Positions 12,001 through 27,000 of a stretch of DNA of 64,000 nucleotides are shown in pieces. The stretch is from positions 158,224,001-158,288,000 of the forward strand of contig OX597816.1 in NCBI GenBank assembly GCA_951406725.2, read 5' to 3'. Each line of letters starts with the position of its first letter. Positions within the stretch are counted from its first letter, which is position 1. The translations under genes and the position numbers were made by a program. A model generated the notes under the pieces. That model saw only the letters and a list, made by a program, of their open reading frames with translations. It was not told where the DNA came from and did not search any database. This stretch comes from Octopus vulgaris. Taxonomy: Eukaryota.

Positions 12001-15000
12001 GCACAGGAGCCAGTCAGGTGGTACTGGCAATACTCATGTTTGAATAGTACTTTGTATGTGCCAACTTGTATGCCAGAAAATACAGTAACTAAAGTGAAAA
12101 TGAATGAATTAATTAATATAAAGTTTTATTATTGTTTTGTAATTTATGTTGTTTTATTGCTAATTTTTACTAATGACCTTGTTGTACAGAAGATTAAAAA
12201 TATTTTTATTATCTTTTTTGTAAATTCCAGCAAAGTCTTTTATCTGATGCCATTAGCATGCAAGGACGTAGTGCTTTGAACAATGTAGAAATGGCTTATG
12301 CTAGTCAGGTAATCTTACTTTAAAATTTTTTTCACCTTTTAAAATATTTAATAAAGATTTGAAGCCAAATTTAAACATGCTTTTGAAGTGATGCTTCTGT
12401 TTGAAGTATCAGAACACCAGTAATATTGGCACATTACCTGATATATAGGGCAGTAAGGTTATTAGTAACCTATTGGGTTGTTGTGGCACCACTTGACAAT
12501 CTTTCACTCTTTATATAAGATATGACTAAAGAAGTTTAATCTGTTGCCTTCTCCAGGCTCATGTTAGGATTTATATTAACAGGCATGGCTGTGTGGTTGA
12601 GAAGTTTGCTTCCTAACAACAGTTTTGGGTTCAGTCCCACCGTGTGACACTTCGGGCAAGTATCTTCCACTGTAGCTGGACATGTTTCTACAGAAGACCG
12701 AAAACAAATGATACCATTTGTATGACAGTGACAACTCATTTTCAACTATTGTATGATATCACAAGAAGAACACACATGCGTGTGTGCACATGAAAGACTT
12801 CTTTCAAATTCTGGCTACCAGCTCACCCAGAGTGCCATGCAGTGGGACTGAACCCAAATCCATGTCTTGGAAGCAAGATTCATAACCACTCAGCCTTGCA
12901 CCTACAATGTGTGTATTTAATTAAATTATAATTTACACCTGCAGTGGTAGCTTAAATCTGAGTAGTGTATGTATATATTTTAACTAAAGCAGGAGTATAA
13001 CTTATAAGAGAAAAATAACTTGCATATCGAAGGGACTTTCTCTTAAAGATATACTTGTAATACATTGTTTTATGCATTTTAGGTTTATATATATAACAAA
13101 AAAGTCCTTGAAGGTGGCATTCGTCTGAGTTTGCAGGATTTATTCATGGAAGCTGCTAATTCCTTAGGAGATAAGGTAAGTCTTCTTTTTTCAAATACTA
13201 TACTAATGTCATCGTTTAATGTAGGTTTTTCTTGCTGATATGGGTTGGAAGGTGTGACTGGAGCTGGCAAGCCGGAGGATTGCACCAGGCTTCACTGTCT
13301 GTTTTGGCATTGTTTCTATGACTGGATGCCTTTCCTAATGCCAACCACTTTACAGAGCAGTGCTTTTTGTGGTTTTGCTGAATATTCCTGCTAATGATAA
13401 TTTGTTTTATTTTTCATTAAAAGTGTCAAACTTTGGATGTCATCATAATCGCATATCCTTAAATAACATTCATCTTTGACAAATAATGTTTTTCCAAACT
13501 CTGTATTTTTTCTAGTTAACTTTTTAATGATTTATACAATCTGATTTAATGCTAACTTACCAAATTCTTTTCATCTGTGTCATTTTCAACTTAACCCTTT
13601 TGCATTAAGATTACTCTCATGATGTGATTGTTTAGTTTTAGAATGACATTGTAGGGTAAGTGTGCTGGCTGGTTTGAGCATAAAACAGAATTGTTGGGCT
13701 AGATGTGGCTAGTTTAAATGCTGAAGAGTTGCTTATTCAGTCTGTAAATTCTGTTTTCATATGTTAATAACTGTACAATAGTCTCTATTTACTAATGATT
13801 TACAAAGGCACAAGCATGGCTAATTTCAAGTTTGGTCCCACTGCATGGCACCTTATGCAAGTGTCTTCGGTTATAGTCTTAGGGCCAGCTAAAGCCTTGC
13901 GACTGGATTTGGTTGATAGAAAACAAAAGAAGCCTGTCACTTATTATTGGTGCCATGTAAAAGTGCCTGTGTGGTGACACATAAAAGCAGCCGTGTGGTG
14001 CCATGTAAAAGCACCTGTGTGGTGCCATGTAAAAGTGCCTGTGCAGGGCCATGTAAAAGCACCCACTGCAATCTGTAAAGTGGTTGGTGTTAGGAAGGGC
14101 TTGCAGCTCTAGAAACCATGCCAAATCAGACTGGAGCCTGGTGTAGCCCTGCTAGCTTGCCAGCTCTGGTCACACTGACCAACCCATGCCAGCATGGACA
14201 ACGGATGTTGAATGATGAGTAGGCTATGTGTGTTTGTGTGTCCACGTCTTGACATTACATCATAGTTGTAAACAAGTATCACTGTCGTACAAGCAGCACC
14301 CTTTGTTCCTGAGGAAATATTGCCTTGCTCAGAAACAAGTGAGAATTTTGCAATTTGAAAGGCATCTGGCTGTAGAAAATCTGCCTCAACAAATTCTACC
14401 AGATCCATGCAAACATGGAAAACGTGATGTTGAAGCACTGAAATGATAATGACTATCAGTTGAATGATTTCAATTCTTGACTTAGTCCTTTAATCATTAT
14501 ATGAGAAGGAAGTTGAAATCATTATCAACGAAATTTGTTGACCTTACTTTTTTTTCATATTTCAGCTGGTAATCGATAAATTGTGGTCTATGGTTGAATT
14601 CATGGTAAATGTTCCAATGGTAACATCTAGTGCTGGTCCACCACGACAGGATAAGAAACTGCTCCAAGCATTTGTAGGCCAAGCTAGAAAATACCTCGAA
14701 CACATGTGAGTTGAAATCTTCAATAATTAAACTTCGTTTTTGCTAATTTTAATTAATTTTCAAATTCGTTTTTTTTTTTTGTTGTTACTGTTGTTAACGA
14801 TGATGGAACCATTATTTGATTCTTTTCAGGTATGTAAAATATGTCACAACTATGGTGTATGAGAATTTATACAAGGCCAAGCGTGGAGGCAAACCTGGTA
14901 CCTACAGTTTGATAAGGAGTTTCTTGAATGTTAAATACCCTACACCAATGCGAGGAGAAGTAATTACATATTTTCTTTATATGAAATCATGAGAGACTCA

Positions 15001-18000
15001 ACAATGAGTTAGAACAGCGCTTCTTAAACTATGGGTCATGACCCCATTTGGGGTCGTGAAAATTGAATTCAAACAGTTGAATTTCAGTTTATATGTTATT
15101 TCACAAATGCATATTTAATACCTGGGGTTGTCAAAAATGGGGTCATGAATGAAAAAAGTTTAAGAAGCGCTGAGTTAGAGTATCAGTCAAAGATTGATGT
15201 TTCTCTATGCAATCACTAAACACTGTCTGTGGACAAGATACTTAAACTTTGCTAATTCAGTTCATCTAACTTTAAATAAGTACCATGTTTAGGTAACACC
15301 TCACCTCTGTAAGTAATGAGATCATTGCATAATTCAGTGTTCCAATAGTTTGAATTGTTGTTGAGCTGGATCCTGACAAATGTGGTTATTCCACAGTTCA
15401 TTCCAGCCACTCCCATTTCTATTTAGCCAAAGTGAGAGTCATTTTGAATGAAAGCGTGTACTCTTTCATTCATAAGAGTATGTTATACACTTCAGTGAAG
15501 TGCAAGGCTACTTAAAACATAACTCAAATCCTTCCCAAACACATCATTTCAGGTGCAGTCCTGCTGTGTGGAACTTTGGGCAAATGTCTTCTGCACTAAA
15601 CCCAGACCAACCAAAGCCTTAAGAGTGGATTTGAGAGATAGACACAGAAAGAAGCCTTGTGTGTGTAGAAATCATTAAACTCAACACAGTCCATTTGATC
15701 TTGTCAAAATATCCAATCCATGCCAGGATGGAAGATAGATGTTAAAAATTGATGATTTCTCTTTGTTTTAAATCTATTTTTAGGATGGATTGTTAGATGG
15801 TCATCCAGTCTGGGCTGTGATTTACTATTGTCTCCGTTGCGGTGACTTAGATGCAGTTCAGGAAGTTGTTAACAAAAGTAGGTGAGTATCTTGGATGTTA
15901 TTAACACAACTAGTTTAATATGGCTTTTTAGAGAGAGAGTTGTGAACAATCTGAGGTAACTGGTGGATTGGATTGTAGTTGATTCTACCCAGTAGCCATC
16001 CCAGCATGAAAGATGGATATTAAAAACGACGATGATTATATATAGCACGTAAAGAACATCTTTGAATGTTGGGCCTCATGGAGGCAAAGTAGCTGAGTTC
16101 CTCTTGAGCATTGGGCCTGACGGAGGCAAAGTGGCTGAGTTTCTTTCAAGCATTGGACCTCACAGAGGCAATGACCAAGACCTTTGGCATTATGTCCTGC
16201 TTGAGAAGAAAACCCATCAAGCTGAGCAAAATCACAGTTTGGAAGATACTGGTGTCACGCAAATTGGCACCTGTGTTGGTGGCACATAAACGCACTGTGG
16301 TGTCACGCAAATGACACCTGTGCCAGTGGAACGTAAAAGCATCTATTATGCTTTCAGAGTGGTTGGCATTAGTAAGGGCATCCAGCCGTAGAAAAACCAT
16401 GCCAAATCAGGCTGGAGTCAGGCTCAGCCTTCCAGTGTATCAGCCCAGTCAAACTGACTGACTCATGCCAGCATGGACAACAGATGTTAAATGATGATGA
16501 AGATATATATATATATATATGTATATGTATATATAAATAAAAGCAAATCAAGATCGAAATCAAAATGGAAATTGTAGTTGTGGCCGATGCCAGTCCTGCC
16601 TGACTGGCACCTGTGCTGTGGCATGTAATAAACACCATTCAAGCATGGGTTGTTGCCAGTGCCGCCTGACTGGCTCCCTGTGTCAGTGGAATGTAAGAAG
16701 CAACATCCGAACATGGTCAATTCCAATCTTGCAGCATGGAAAATGGATGTTAAACGATGATGATTTATATATGTATATAAACAAACAATTAAATCAATAT
16801 AATTGTATATTTTATTCTTTTTCTTAATATTTCAGTCAGCAGTTAAAAGATTTCCCAGAAATTATTACAGAATATATGAAGAATGACAGAAGGTTTGTCC
16901 CTGTTAGATCTATTGTTACATGTTAACTGCTTATTCTTATCCTGCAGGCCTTCTAATATACGTATATATTCATGCCTGTAGATGAGATCTCTTGCACCTG
17001 TTGATGGCTATATACATAAGCAATTAGTAGTACAGTGAAAAGTAAATAGTAAAATAGCATGAATATTTACTATAGAAGTTTTCTGTTTTTTATCATCTCT
17101 CTCTCTCTCTCTATGATTGCAGAGAAACAATGATAATTTTCAAAGTATTATTTTCTGTATTTTTCATTCCACTTGAAATTCTTAGCCTTTGTTTGGTAGA
17201 GGTTCCTACCTGCTCTAGAATTACCCACTTTATCCTTCTGTTCCCTTTGTATCTCTTTCACATGCGGCCCCCACCTGCACCACCACTACACACACCCTAC
17301 CCCTCGTCCCACACTTATACATATTCTTTAGTGAAGGTGCGTGGATTAGTGGTTAGAGTATTTGGCTCACAATTGTATGGTTGTGAGTTCGATTTCCAGT
17401 GGTATGTTGTGTCCTTGAGCAAGACTCTTTATTTCATGTTGCTCCAGTTCATTTTATTTCATATTGCTTTAGTCCACTTAGCTGGCAAAACCGAGATGTA
17501 CCTGTAATTCAAAGGGCCAGCCTTGTCACATCCTGTATCAGGCTGAATCTCCCTACGTTAAGGGTATGTGTATCTGTGGAATGCTCAGCCACTCACCTGT
17601 TAATATCATGAGCAGGCTGTTCCGTTTATCGAATCAAGTGGAACCCTTATCACAACTGGTTATACACATTCTCCACACAATTTCCACACACACTCACACA
17701 CCATTTGGCCACATCTCCCTCGCATACTTACACCCTTCACTTACAACAGATATTTCTATTCATTAACCATCTGGTCTTTTTTACACAGACACACACACAA
17801 CATTCCCCTTCTTCCCCACTTTCAGATACAAATACACCCTGATATATATGCGTCTATATACCCACATCTTCCCTTCCAAACTCTCCACCCTATAGGACAG
17901 CATTCCTCCTTGTTTCTTACTTTTTGTCTTCCTCCCTTTCTCTTTCCTTCCAACATTTATTTCCTTTTCTCACCACCACCCCTTATACTTTTCTTTTCTC

Positions 18001-21000
18001 TGTCAAAATTTGTTCTTGTTGTTCTTCCTAATGTTTATTGCTTTTACACACATGCAGTTGTAATATTAAACTGACTCCATGTATTGTCTATTTATAGCCT
18101 TGGGCCAAGCACACAGACCAAAGTTCGTCATTATTACCGCAGAACCATCAAAAATAGCTCTGACCCTTACAAAAGGTAACTACCATTTTGAGTTTAATAT
18201 TCTTATTTTTATATTTTTTATTTTGTTGCTGGCTTGTTTTGTTAAATTTTGTTTATCTTTAAATAAATTGTAAAACAGATGGAAGAATTTTACGAAATTT
18301 TTGACTAAAAGGTAGTTTACTCTGCACGAAACATCGACTGTATGTTGTGTTTGTGGGGAATGTGAAGCTACATTGTCGTGAAACATAATCATTCAAGTAG
18401 CAAGATTTAGTCACAACTTGAGAGGATTGATCCTAATATATATAAGACTATTTATTTTGATACCACCTCACCTTATACTACCCTCTAGTTCTTTAATACA
18501 AAATCCCTGTTTTAAAGTGATCTAAATAAAAACATTCAATTAAAATTCTATATTAACTGCATGGGAACTACATTATCTGATGTCTTCTTTTCTTTTTTTT
18601 CATAAACCTGTACAGAAGGATTTAAGGGAGATTTGGTTGCTGTTTCTAGCAAAGCAACCATGTAGAGACTCCAGTGTGTGAAAAGAATTTTGTATTGCGC
18701 ACTTAGCCAAACCTCCTCAGCGTTAAACTAATGATGGTGATAACCAACCATAAACAGCCTATCTTTTGTATAGCCAAGATTACATATTCCATTATATCCT
18801 TGCTTTAGGAGAATAGAATATGATTTTAGGGAGATTTTATTACTATCTCTAATAGGTAGATGCCCTACATTTTGTTTGCTTATGATGTAGTTACAGCACC
18901 ATCTCTCTTTCTCAAATTTGCTCAGTCAGTATTGTTTTTCTGTCTTGTATATTTCACATCTTATCTATATATTTTACAGAGCTGTGTACAGTGTTATCAG
19001 CCAGTCAGATCCATTAGAAGCACATGCAGAGATTGCAGATAAAACAGAAGATTACCTATGGTTGAAGCTTTGCCAGATCCAGTTTGAAGTGGATCCATCT
19101 GGCCAAGATCAATACACACTCCAGAAACTACAGTCTTTATTGTATGAAGAATATGGTAAGTCACTACCTTCTACCACTACCATTTCCTCCACCACCAGTA
19201 CTAGTAGGCGCAGGTGTGGCTGTGTGGTAAGGTGTTTGCTTCCTGATCACATGGTTCAAATTCAGTCCTGGTGTGTGTGGCACCTTGGGCAAGTATCTCC
19301 TATTGTAGCCTTGGGCTGACCAAAGCCTCGTCAGTGGATTAGGTAGACAGAAACTGAAATAAGCTGAGCTAGCAGAAACGTTAGCACACTGGGCAAAATG
19401 CTTAGCGGTATTTCGTCTGCTGTTACATTCTGAGTTCAAATTCCACCGAGGTTGACTTTGCCTTTCATCCTTTCAGAGTCAATAAATTAAGTACCAGTTA
19501 CGCACTGGGATCAATGTAATCGACTTAATCCCTTTGTATGTCCTTGTTTGTCCCCTCTATGTTTAGCCCCTTGTGGGCAATAAAGAAATAAGAAACTGAA
19601 AGAAGCCCATCTTATTTGTGAGTGTTTATGTCTGTGTTTGTCCTCCACCACTGCTGGACAACTATTATTGGTGTGTTTGCATAGCTGTATCTTAGTGGTT
19701 TGGCAAGGCTAAACAACACCCCCACCCCCACACTGCTTCTGCTTCATCAGTGTACATAATACCTTGTTGATATTGATAAACCACATAGGATGATGAGCTG
19801 GCAGAATCATTAGCACACCAGACAAATACTGAGCAACATTTCATTTGTCTTTACATTTCTGAGTTCAAACTCTGCCAAAGTTGACTTAGCCTTTCATTAC
19901 CTTTTGGGCGGGTTGGTAAAACAAGCACCAATTGAACGCTGAGGTTGGTGTAGTTGATTAGCCTCCTCCTGCCAAACTTCAGGCCTGGTGCCTGTTGTAG
20001 AAAAAAATACTATCACATCTGTATACCATCCTGTCACTTGTTATATTTTACAGTTGCTCATCATTCTGTGCTTCACTATACCATCTCTTGCCTTAACATG
20101 AATCTGCACATGGATGAGTTTTTATGCATTTTAACTTGTATGCAAACATGGGCAACTGTTCATTTACTTCTTGTCTATTGTTACTATTAATCAATGAAAA
20201 GCCTTATCAATCATTAGTCATACTCTTTATTGACTCACTTTGATTCAAGCTGCTTTCTTGTGATGCCAAGCAGTTTATTTGATGATCACTCATCTCAGAT
20301 GAATCAAAAACCAATTCCAAAGAAACAGACAATGGTTTGGATATGAGATGTTTTGGTGCCACCTATTTGCTATGGCTGATTTGATGATACCTTATCTGAC
20401 ATCAGACGTCTAAATGTTTTTTCTTGTTCTCCCTCCCTCCCTCGTCTCCTGTTTATGTGTATGAGTATCTATTTATGCGTGTCTGTGTTTGTCCCCCCAC
20501 CATCGCTTAACAATCGATGCTGGTGTGTTTATGGCCCCCATAACTTAGCAATTCAGCAAACGAGAATGATAGAATAAGTACTAGGCTTACAAAGAATGAG
20601 TCCCGGGCTTGATTTTTTTGACTGAAGGCAGTGCTCCAGCATGGCCACAGTCAAATGACTGAAACAAATAAAAGAGTAATGATTTATTGTTCTGTTTTAG
20701 GTGAAAGCCACTTTAACGCCTACCAACAACCATACCTCTATTTCCAAGTATTGTTCCTTACGTGTCAGTTTGAAGCTGCTCTCGAGTTCCTCTCTCGTAT
20801 CGATGCTCTACGTTGTCATGCTGTCCATGTTGCTTTAGTATTGTTTGAACTGAAACTATTACTGCTTCCATCCTCAACACAAGTCGCTCTCTGTAAGTAT
20901 TGTTTCATTCTACTGTTCTGTTTTTGATGCTGTTCTTTTTTTCTTTGAAGCTGTTCAGCTTTTGGCTGATAGATTTAAGCTTTTTAGGAAAAAGGAACAA

Positions 21001-24000
21001 AAATGAAACTTGAAGTTGTTGTAAATTTTCGTTTATTTGCATTATACAGAATGTTCTCTGCAGATATCTGTTTGTTACTGAAGTCTTTGTTTTCATTAAA
21101 AGGCCTAATTTTTTAATGTAAATGTTTCAACACATAACCAGCTCTAATTTGAAGCAAGAAAATGGCAACAGACTTACTGGTGGGGCATAAACATGTATCT
21201 GTCATTTGTGGAGTTAAAATACTGTCATCACCATTTAACATCCATGTTCCATGCTACATTAGATTGGATGGTTTGAGAGGATCTGTGTCAAGCTCTAGAA
21301 TCTGCTTTGGTATGATTTCTATGGCTGGATACCCTTCTTAACACCAACCACCTTAGAGTGTACTTGGTGCTTTTATCAAGCAACCAGCATTAGTAAAAAG
21401 ACCATGCAGCTTACAAGACTATGAACCCTGAGTGGGGGCACTTTGGGCTGAGCAGGTTTCTTGTAGAGGAGCTACATGGTTATTCACGTTTAGAAGAAAG
21501 CGTGAAATGATCAGTTGGAGCTGCAAAGAAATAAATAGTGCTAATGTGGTCTCCAGGTGGCCTCTCAAAGCACTAGGGACATTTTATCTAACAAAAGGAA
21601 GAGCTGGAACACATTTGATCCTTGTGCTTGTGCCACATAAAAAAACAGCCATGCAGGTGCCATGTATAAAGCACTGGTGTCACATAAAAAGCCCCCCGGT
21701 ACACTCTGTAAAGTGGTTGGCGTTAGGAAGGGCATCCAGTTGTAGAAACCATGCTGAAATGATAATTGGTGCCTGGTGCAGCTCCTGTCACACTGTTCAA
21801 CCCATGCCAGCATGGAAAACAGATTTTGAATGTTGATGATGATACTTAGTCAGAGTTGGCTTGGTGCTAGATAACAGCAACAACTTCTAATCATGTAAAT
21901 TCAGATAATTGACTTTGTTGATTACTTTGCTTTGTAGAATGAATAAATGATGATGATGATGATATATATAACTGTTCTAGTATTATTATTATTATTATTA
22001 TTATATTCAGTAATTGCCTGGAATCAAACTTGGAATCTTGGGGTTAGTAGCCCATGCTCTTAATCACTACACCATATGCCCGTGGGCATATGACATAGTG
22101 GTTAAGAGTGCGGGCTACTAACCCCAAGATTCCGAGTTTGATTCCAGGCAGTGACCTGAATAATAATAATAATAATATCAGGAAAATACCTGAGGAATGA
22201 GAACCCAGGTTCAAAATTCCCCCAGGACACCTAATGAAGGCTGGAGAGTATATCAGACAAAACGTGTTAACAACAAACAAGATGAGGACAAATATCCTTC
22301 AAATGTATACAATATATATATATCTATTAAAATATTTTCTTTTGCTATGCAGTAACTCAAGATCCTGCAGATCCATCACCACAACGCCGACTGAACTTTG
22401 CTCGTCTCGTCATGATGTACACACGAAAGTTTGAAGCCACAGATCCACGAGAAGCTCTCCAATATTTCTTTTTCTTGCGGTAAATTGCTATGTTCATCAT
22501 CTCTTTTTCTCTCCTCCCCCTCTTATGATGGTTATAAATGAACTTCACTGTCATACAAGTAATGTTGTTTGTTTCCAGTTTTCTCTGATAAACATGTTTT
22601 ACCTTGGGGGAAATATTACTGTGCTCGGAAGCAATTGAGAGGTTGTAATGGGAAAGGCATTTCTTGTAGAAAATCTGCTTCAACAAATTCTGTCTAACCC
22701 TATCATGCAATGGAAAAGTGGACATTAAATGATGATGATAATTATATGCAAACACACTCAATTAGATATTTCATCATCATCATTTAATGTCCATTGTCCA
22801 TGCTGTCACGGGTCAAACGGTTTGACTGGAAGGCTGCACCAGACTCTAGTCTGATTTAGCATGGTTTTCTATGGCTGGATGCCATTTCTAATGCCAACCA
22901 CTCCGAGAGTGTAATGGGTGCTTCTATGTGCCACCGGCATGGGTGCCATTTGCCTGACACCAGGGTGTGTTTACCTACCAGTTTGTGTGACACCAGTATC
23001 TGCTGCATAACTTTAAAGTTGTTGGGTTGCTACTGCAGGCTATATCTTTACAGAGTGTTTTGTAAGATAATTCAACCTGGACACTTGTCTGAGGTGCTAC
23101 ACAGTGAGATTGAACCTAAAAACCTGTGGTTGGAAAACAAACTTCTTAACCACACAGCCATGTCTGCATCTACAGCTTGACTCCAGTCTATGCCATTATG
23201 AAAGAAGGAATGGCAACAACAAAAAACATGTTCTCTGGTTTATTTAACATCATATTCTGTATTCATTTGTGGTCGATGCCAGTGCCCCCTGACTGGCTCC
23301 CATGCTGGTGGCACGTAAAAAGCACCATCCAACGTGGCCGATGCCAGGTCCACCTGACTGGTTCCTGTGCATGTGGTTCGTAAAAAGCACCATCTGAATG
23401 AGATCGATGCCAGTGTCACCTGACTGGCTCCTGTGCCGGTGGCATGTAAAAAGCACTATCGGAAGGTAGCTGATGCCAGTGCCCCTTGACTGGCTTCTGT
23501 GCCGGTGGCACATAAAAAGCACTATTCGAACATGATCGATGCCAGGGCTGTCTAACTAGCCCATGTGCTAGTGGCATGTAAAAAAGCACCCACTACACTC
23601 TCGGAGTGGTTGGCATTAGGAAGGGCATCCAGCTGTAGACACATTGCCGGATCAGACTGGAGCCTGGTGCAGTTGCTGGCTCTCCAGGGCTCAGTCAAAC
23701 CGTCCACCCCAAGCTAGCATGGAAAACTGACATTAATGATGATGATGTGTGTGTGTGTTCCTCTTTAATGTCAACACTTGTTAAAGAATAATATGTATTC
23801 TACAAAAAGTATTGATAATTGATCAGTTTAATGTAAAATTGTTTTATAACTTGATATAAAAACAAAACATTGATATGCCTGTCTGTCTGATTGTCTACCT
23901 TTATTTTGTTCCTATTTTTCAAGGAATATAAAGTCTTCCACTGAAGGAAACCTTTTCATGTCTTGTGTGACAGAACTTATTTTTGAAACTAAAGAGGTTA

Positions 24001-27000
24001 GTACTTAATCATTTATTTTGTTTCATAGTATTAGTATATCCTACCCTTCTTTTATGTCATTAAATCTTAAAAGGAGCTAACAATGTATCCTCTACTACAT
24101 GGTTGCTCAACCTGCTAGATACAGCAGCCAAGTTTCCCTCAAATGACACCCTGTCATATTTAAAGCAAACACCTTGAATAATGTAGTTCTAGATACATTA
24201 TGCCTGAAAATAAGATGTACTAGTCATGACTGAAATGCTGTTAGTCATAACTCTGCTTGATCAGATCTGACCTGGGGTTAAACAAGAAATCATTTTTAAA
24301 ACTAATTTTTTTTTTTAGTTTTGTCCTTTTATATGCTGAGTTCAACTTTGCCTTCCATTGTTTCATGGTTGATAAACTAAAATACCTGTCAAGTACTGAG
24401 GGTGATTTAATTGAAATTTCAGGCCTTTAGCCTATCTTAGAAATTATTATTTTGCTTTTAATCTGCTATAGTCCAGGCATGTGCCGTCAGTAATTACTTA
24501 GGGTAGGCAGTTAGTGATATTTATGTAGTAAAATCCGCCAAATAAGCAAAACACGTGTGCGATTGAGTTGGAGGCAGAATTACTTCTGCCTGTATAGCAC
24601 GTAGAGAAAACATTGTTGTAGGAATGTACGTAACATGTGTATTACAGCATGTGGTTTTAATACTGAAATAGAAAGGCAGGGGCGAATTATTCCTACTTAA
24701 TCTACAAAAAAAAATAAGGTATTTTGCATTTTATGCATAGTATCAGAGTAACCTTCATAATTTTATTGAATTAGGTGCATATTTTGCCATAAAAGGAAAA
24801 TACTACTAGCAATTTTAAGGGGAGGAGGGGATTAGTTGAATGCAATAACCCCCAGCACTTGACTGGTACTCTACTTTATTGACAATAGGATGAAAGGCAA
24901 AAGTGACCTCAGTAGGATTTGAACTCAGAATGTAAAGGAATTGAAGAAATGATGCTAAGCATTTTGTCTGATGTGTTTACAATTCTACCAGTTTGCCACT
25001 TTATTAATAAAAATAAATAGGCACAGGAGTGGCTGTGTGGTAAGAAGCTTGCTTCCCAACCACATGGTTCTGGGTTCAGTCCCACAAGTGTCTTCTATTA
25101 TAACCTCGGGCCAACCAAAGCCTTGGGAGAGGATTTGGTTGACAGAAACTACAAGAAGCCCATTGTGTATATATATATATATATATATATAATGTGTGTG
25201 TGTGTATTTGTGTGTCTGTGTTTGTCCCCACACTATCACTTGACAACTGATGTTGGTGTGTTTATGTCCCCGTAACTTAGCAGTTCAGCAAAGCAGACTG
25301 ATAGAATAAGTACTAAGCTTACAGAATAAGTCTTGGGGTCAATTTCTTCAACCAACACGCTTTAAGGCAGTGCTCCAGCATGGCCGCAGTCAAATGACTG
25401 AAATCCAGTAAAAGAATAAGCTTACATAGTCAACCAGTTCCATCCATCACCAATATTCCTATTCTGGTGTTGTTGAATGAAACCAATAAATATTTTGCTT
25501 GTTTTTGATTGATTTTTTTTCAATGATTTCTTTCCAGTTTGAAATGATGCTGGGTAAACTCAATCAAGATGGTATTCGTCTGGTAAGTTTATCAAATTGC
25601 TTTTGTCATATAAATTTTTGTTAAGTGCTCTCTTATTTCTTTTCTTAACCCTTTAGCGTTTGCATTATTCTGCCAAAATTAATCCTTTTTTATCCACATT
25701 GCCTTGAACTAATCAGGCATTATCTTGGAGCTATGAGATTTTGATGAGGTACCTGCTAATTTTTAAAATGATATTGTAGAGTTGGTGTGAGAGACCAGAT
25801 CTGGCCAGTTTGAACATAAAACAGGCAGAATACTTTTGGCCAGATATGGCCGGTTTAAATGCTAAAGGGTTAAATAAATATTTGTTAATTATTGATGTCA
25901 TAAGAATTTATAAACATCAAAAGAATGTGAAATTAGTAATTTTTGGAACAGTGTCTTGAAGCAGATAAAGCTATAAATAAACATCTAAATATTAGGTTTA
26001 AAAAAAAAACCCTTTGGGTGGAAAAGTCAAAGGCTGCCAATGAGACATAGACCCTACAGGCTGCCTTTTTCTCTCCAAAAAGGGTTTTTTAATCCAATAT
26101 TTACATGCTGTAAAGTGGCTAACTGACAGAAACATTAGAACGATGGGCGAAATGCTTAGCAGTATTTCATCTGTCTTTACATTCTGAGTTCAAACTCTGC
26201 CAAGGTTGACATACTAGGGTTGATCTAATCGACTGGCCTCCTCCCCAAAAATTTTGGGCTTAGTGCCTAGAGTAGAAAAGAATATTTACATGCTGTTATT
26301 TATAGCTTTATCAACTTCAAGCTATACTGTTCCAAAAAAAAGGAATAGTTATGTTTTCTTTGAATTAAATTTCATTCAAAATTTTAATGATTAAGTCAAG
26401 ATTTCTTTTCTCTTTTCTTTGTAGCCTGGAGCAATCGACAAATTCCAAGCTGACAGTGAAGACATCATAAAATTAGTGGCAAAAAGTACCCAGGATAAAG
26501 GTTTCTTTGAAGAAGCTGTTAAATTATATGACTTAGCACATGTAAGTTATTTCTACCTGGGTCTTTTAATTTCTCAATTCATTTGGAATCGTCTTACAGT
26601 CTAAGATGATGGTGATAAGAACTTACACCTAAGTTAACATGTTCAAGAAGGTGAACAGAAAAGAGAGTGTGGTGACGGAAGAACCAGAAACCAGAAGGTT
26701 GGGGTTGCAAGTATGTGTATGTGTGTGTGTAAGAAGAGAGATGGGAGTGGGTGATGTATATAAATGGAAAAGGTGGTGATCAGATGTAAATAACTAAAAT
26801 GGAAAATTGCCATTTTGTCAAAAATGTTTTGGGAGCAGAATAAAATGAATTATAAAATTTGGGAGAATTTAGGCAGAGGTGTGGTTGTGTGGTTGAGAAG
26901 CTCATTTCCCAACCATGTGGTCTTGAGTTCAGTCCCACTGTCCAGTACCTTGGGCAAGTGTCTTCTGCTATTGTCCCAAGCTGATCAAACCCTTGTAAGT

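Noticed and set aside
20335-20412. Intronic C/D-box snoRNA (TGATGA...CTGA)
   Set aside because: Box spacing is too short and there is no convincing terminal stem; TGATGA is ubiquitous here because of (GAT)n tails.
22084-22157. Functional tRNA-Ser(ACT)
   Set aside because: Poor acceptor stem, no long variable arm, and part of a palindrome; treated as a tRNA-derived element.
23270-23590. CRISPR-like repeat-spacer array (core GTGGCACGTAAAAAGCAC every ~60 bp)
   Set aside because: The apparent spacers are diverged copies of each other, the array is part of a LINE 3' UTR in a eukaryotic intron, and there are no cas genes.
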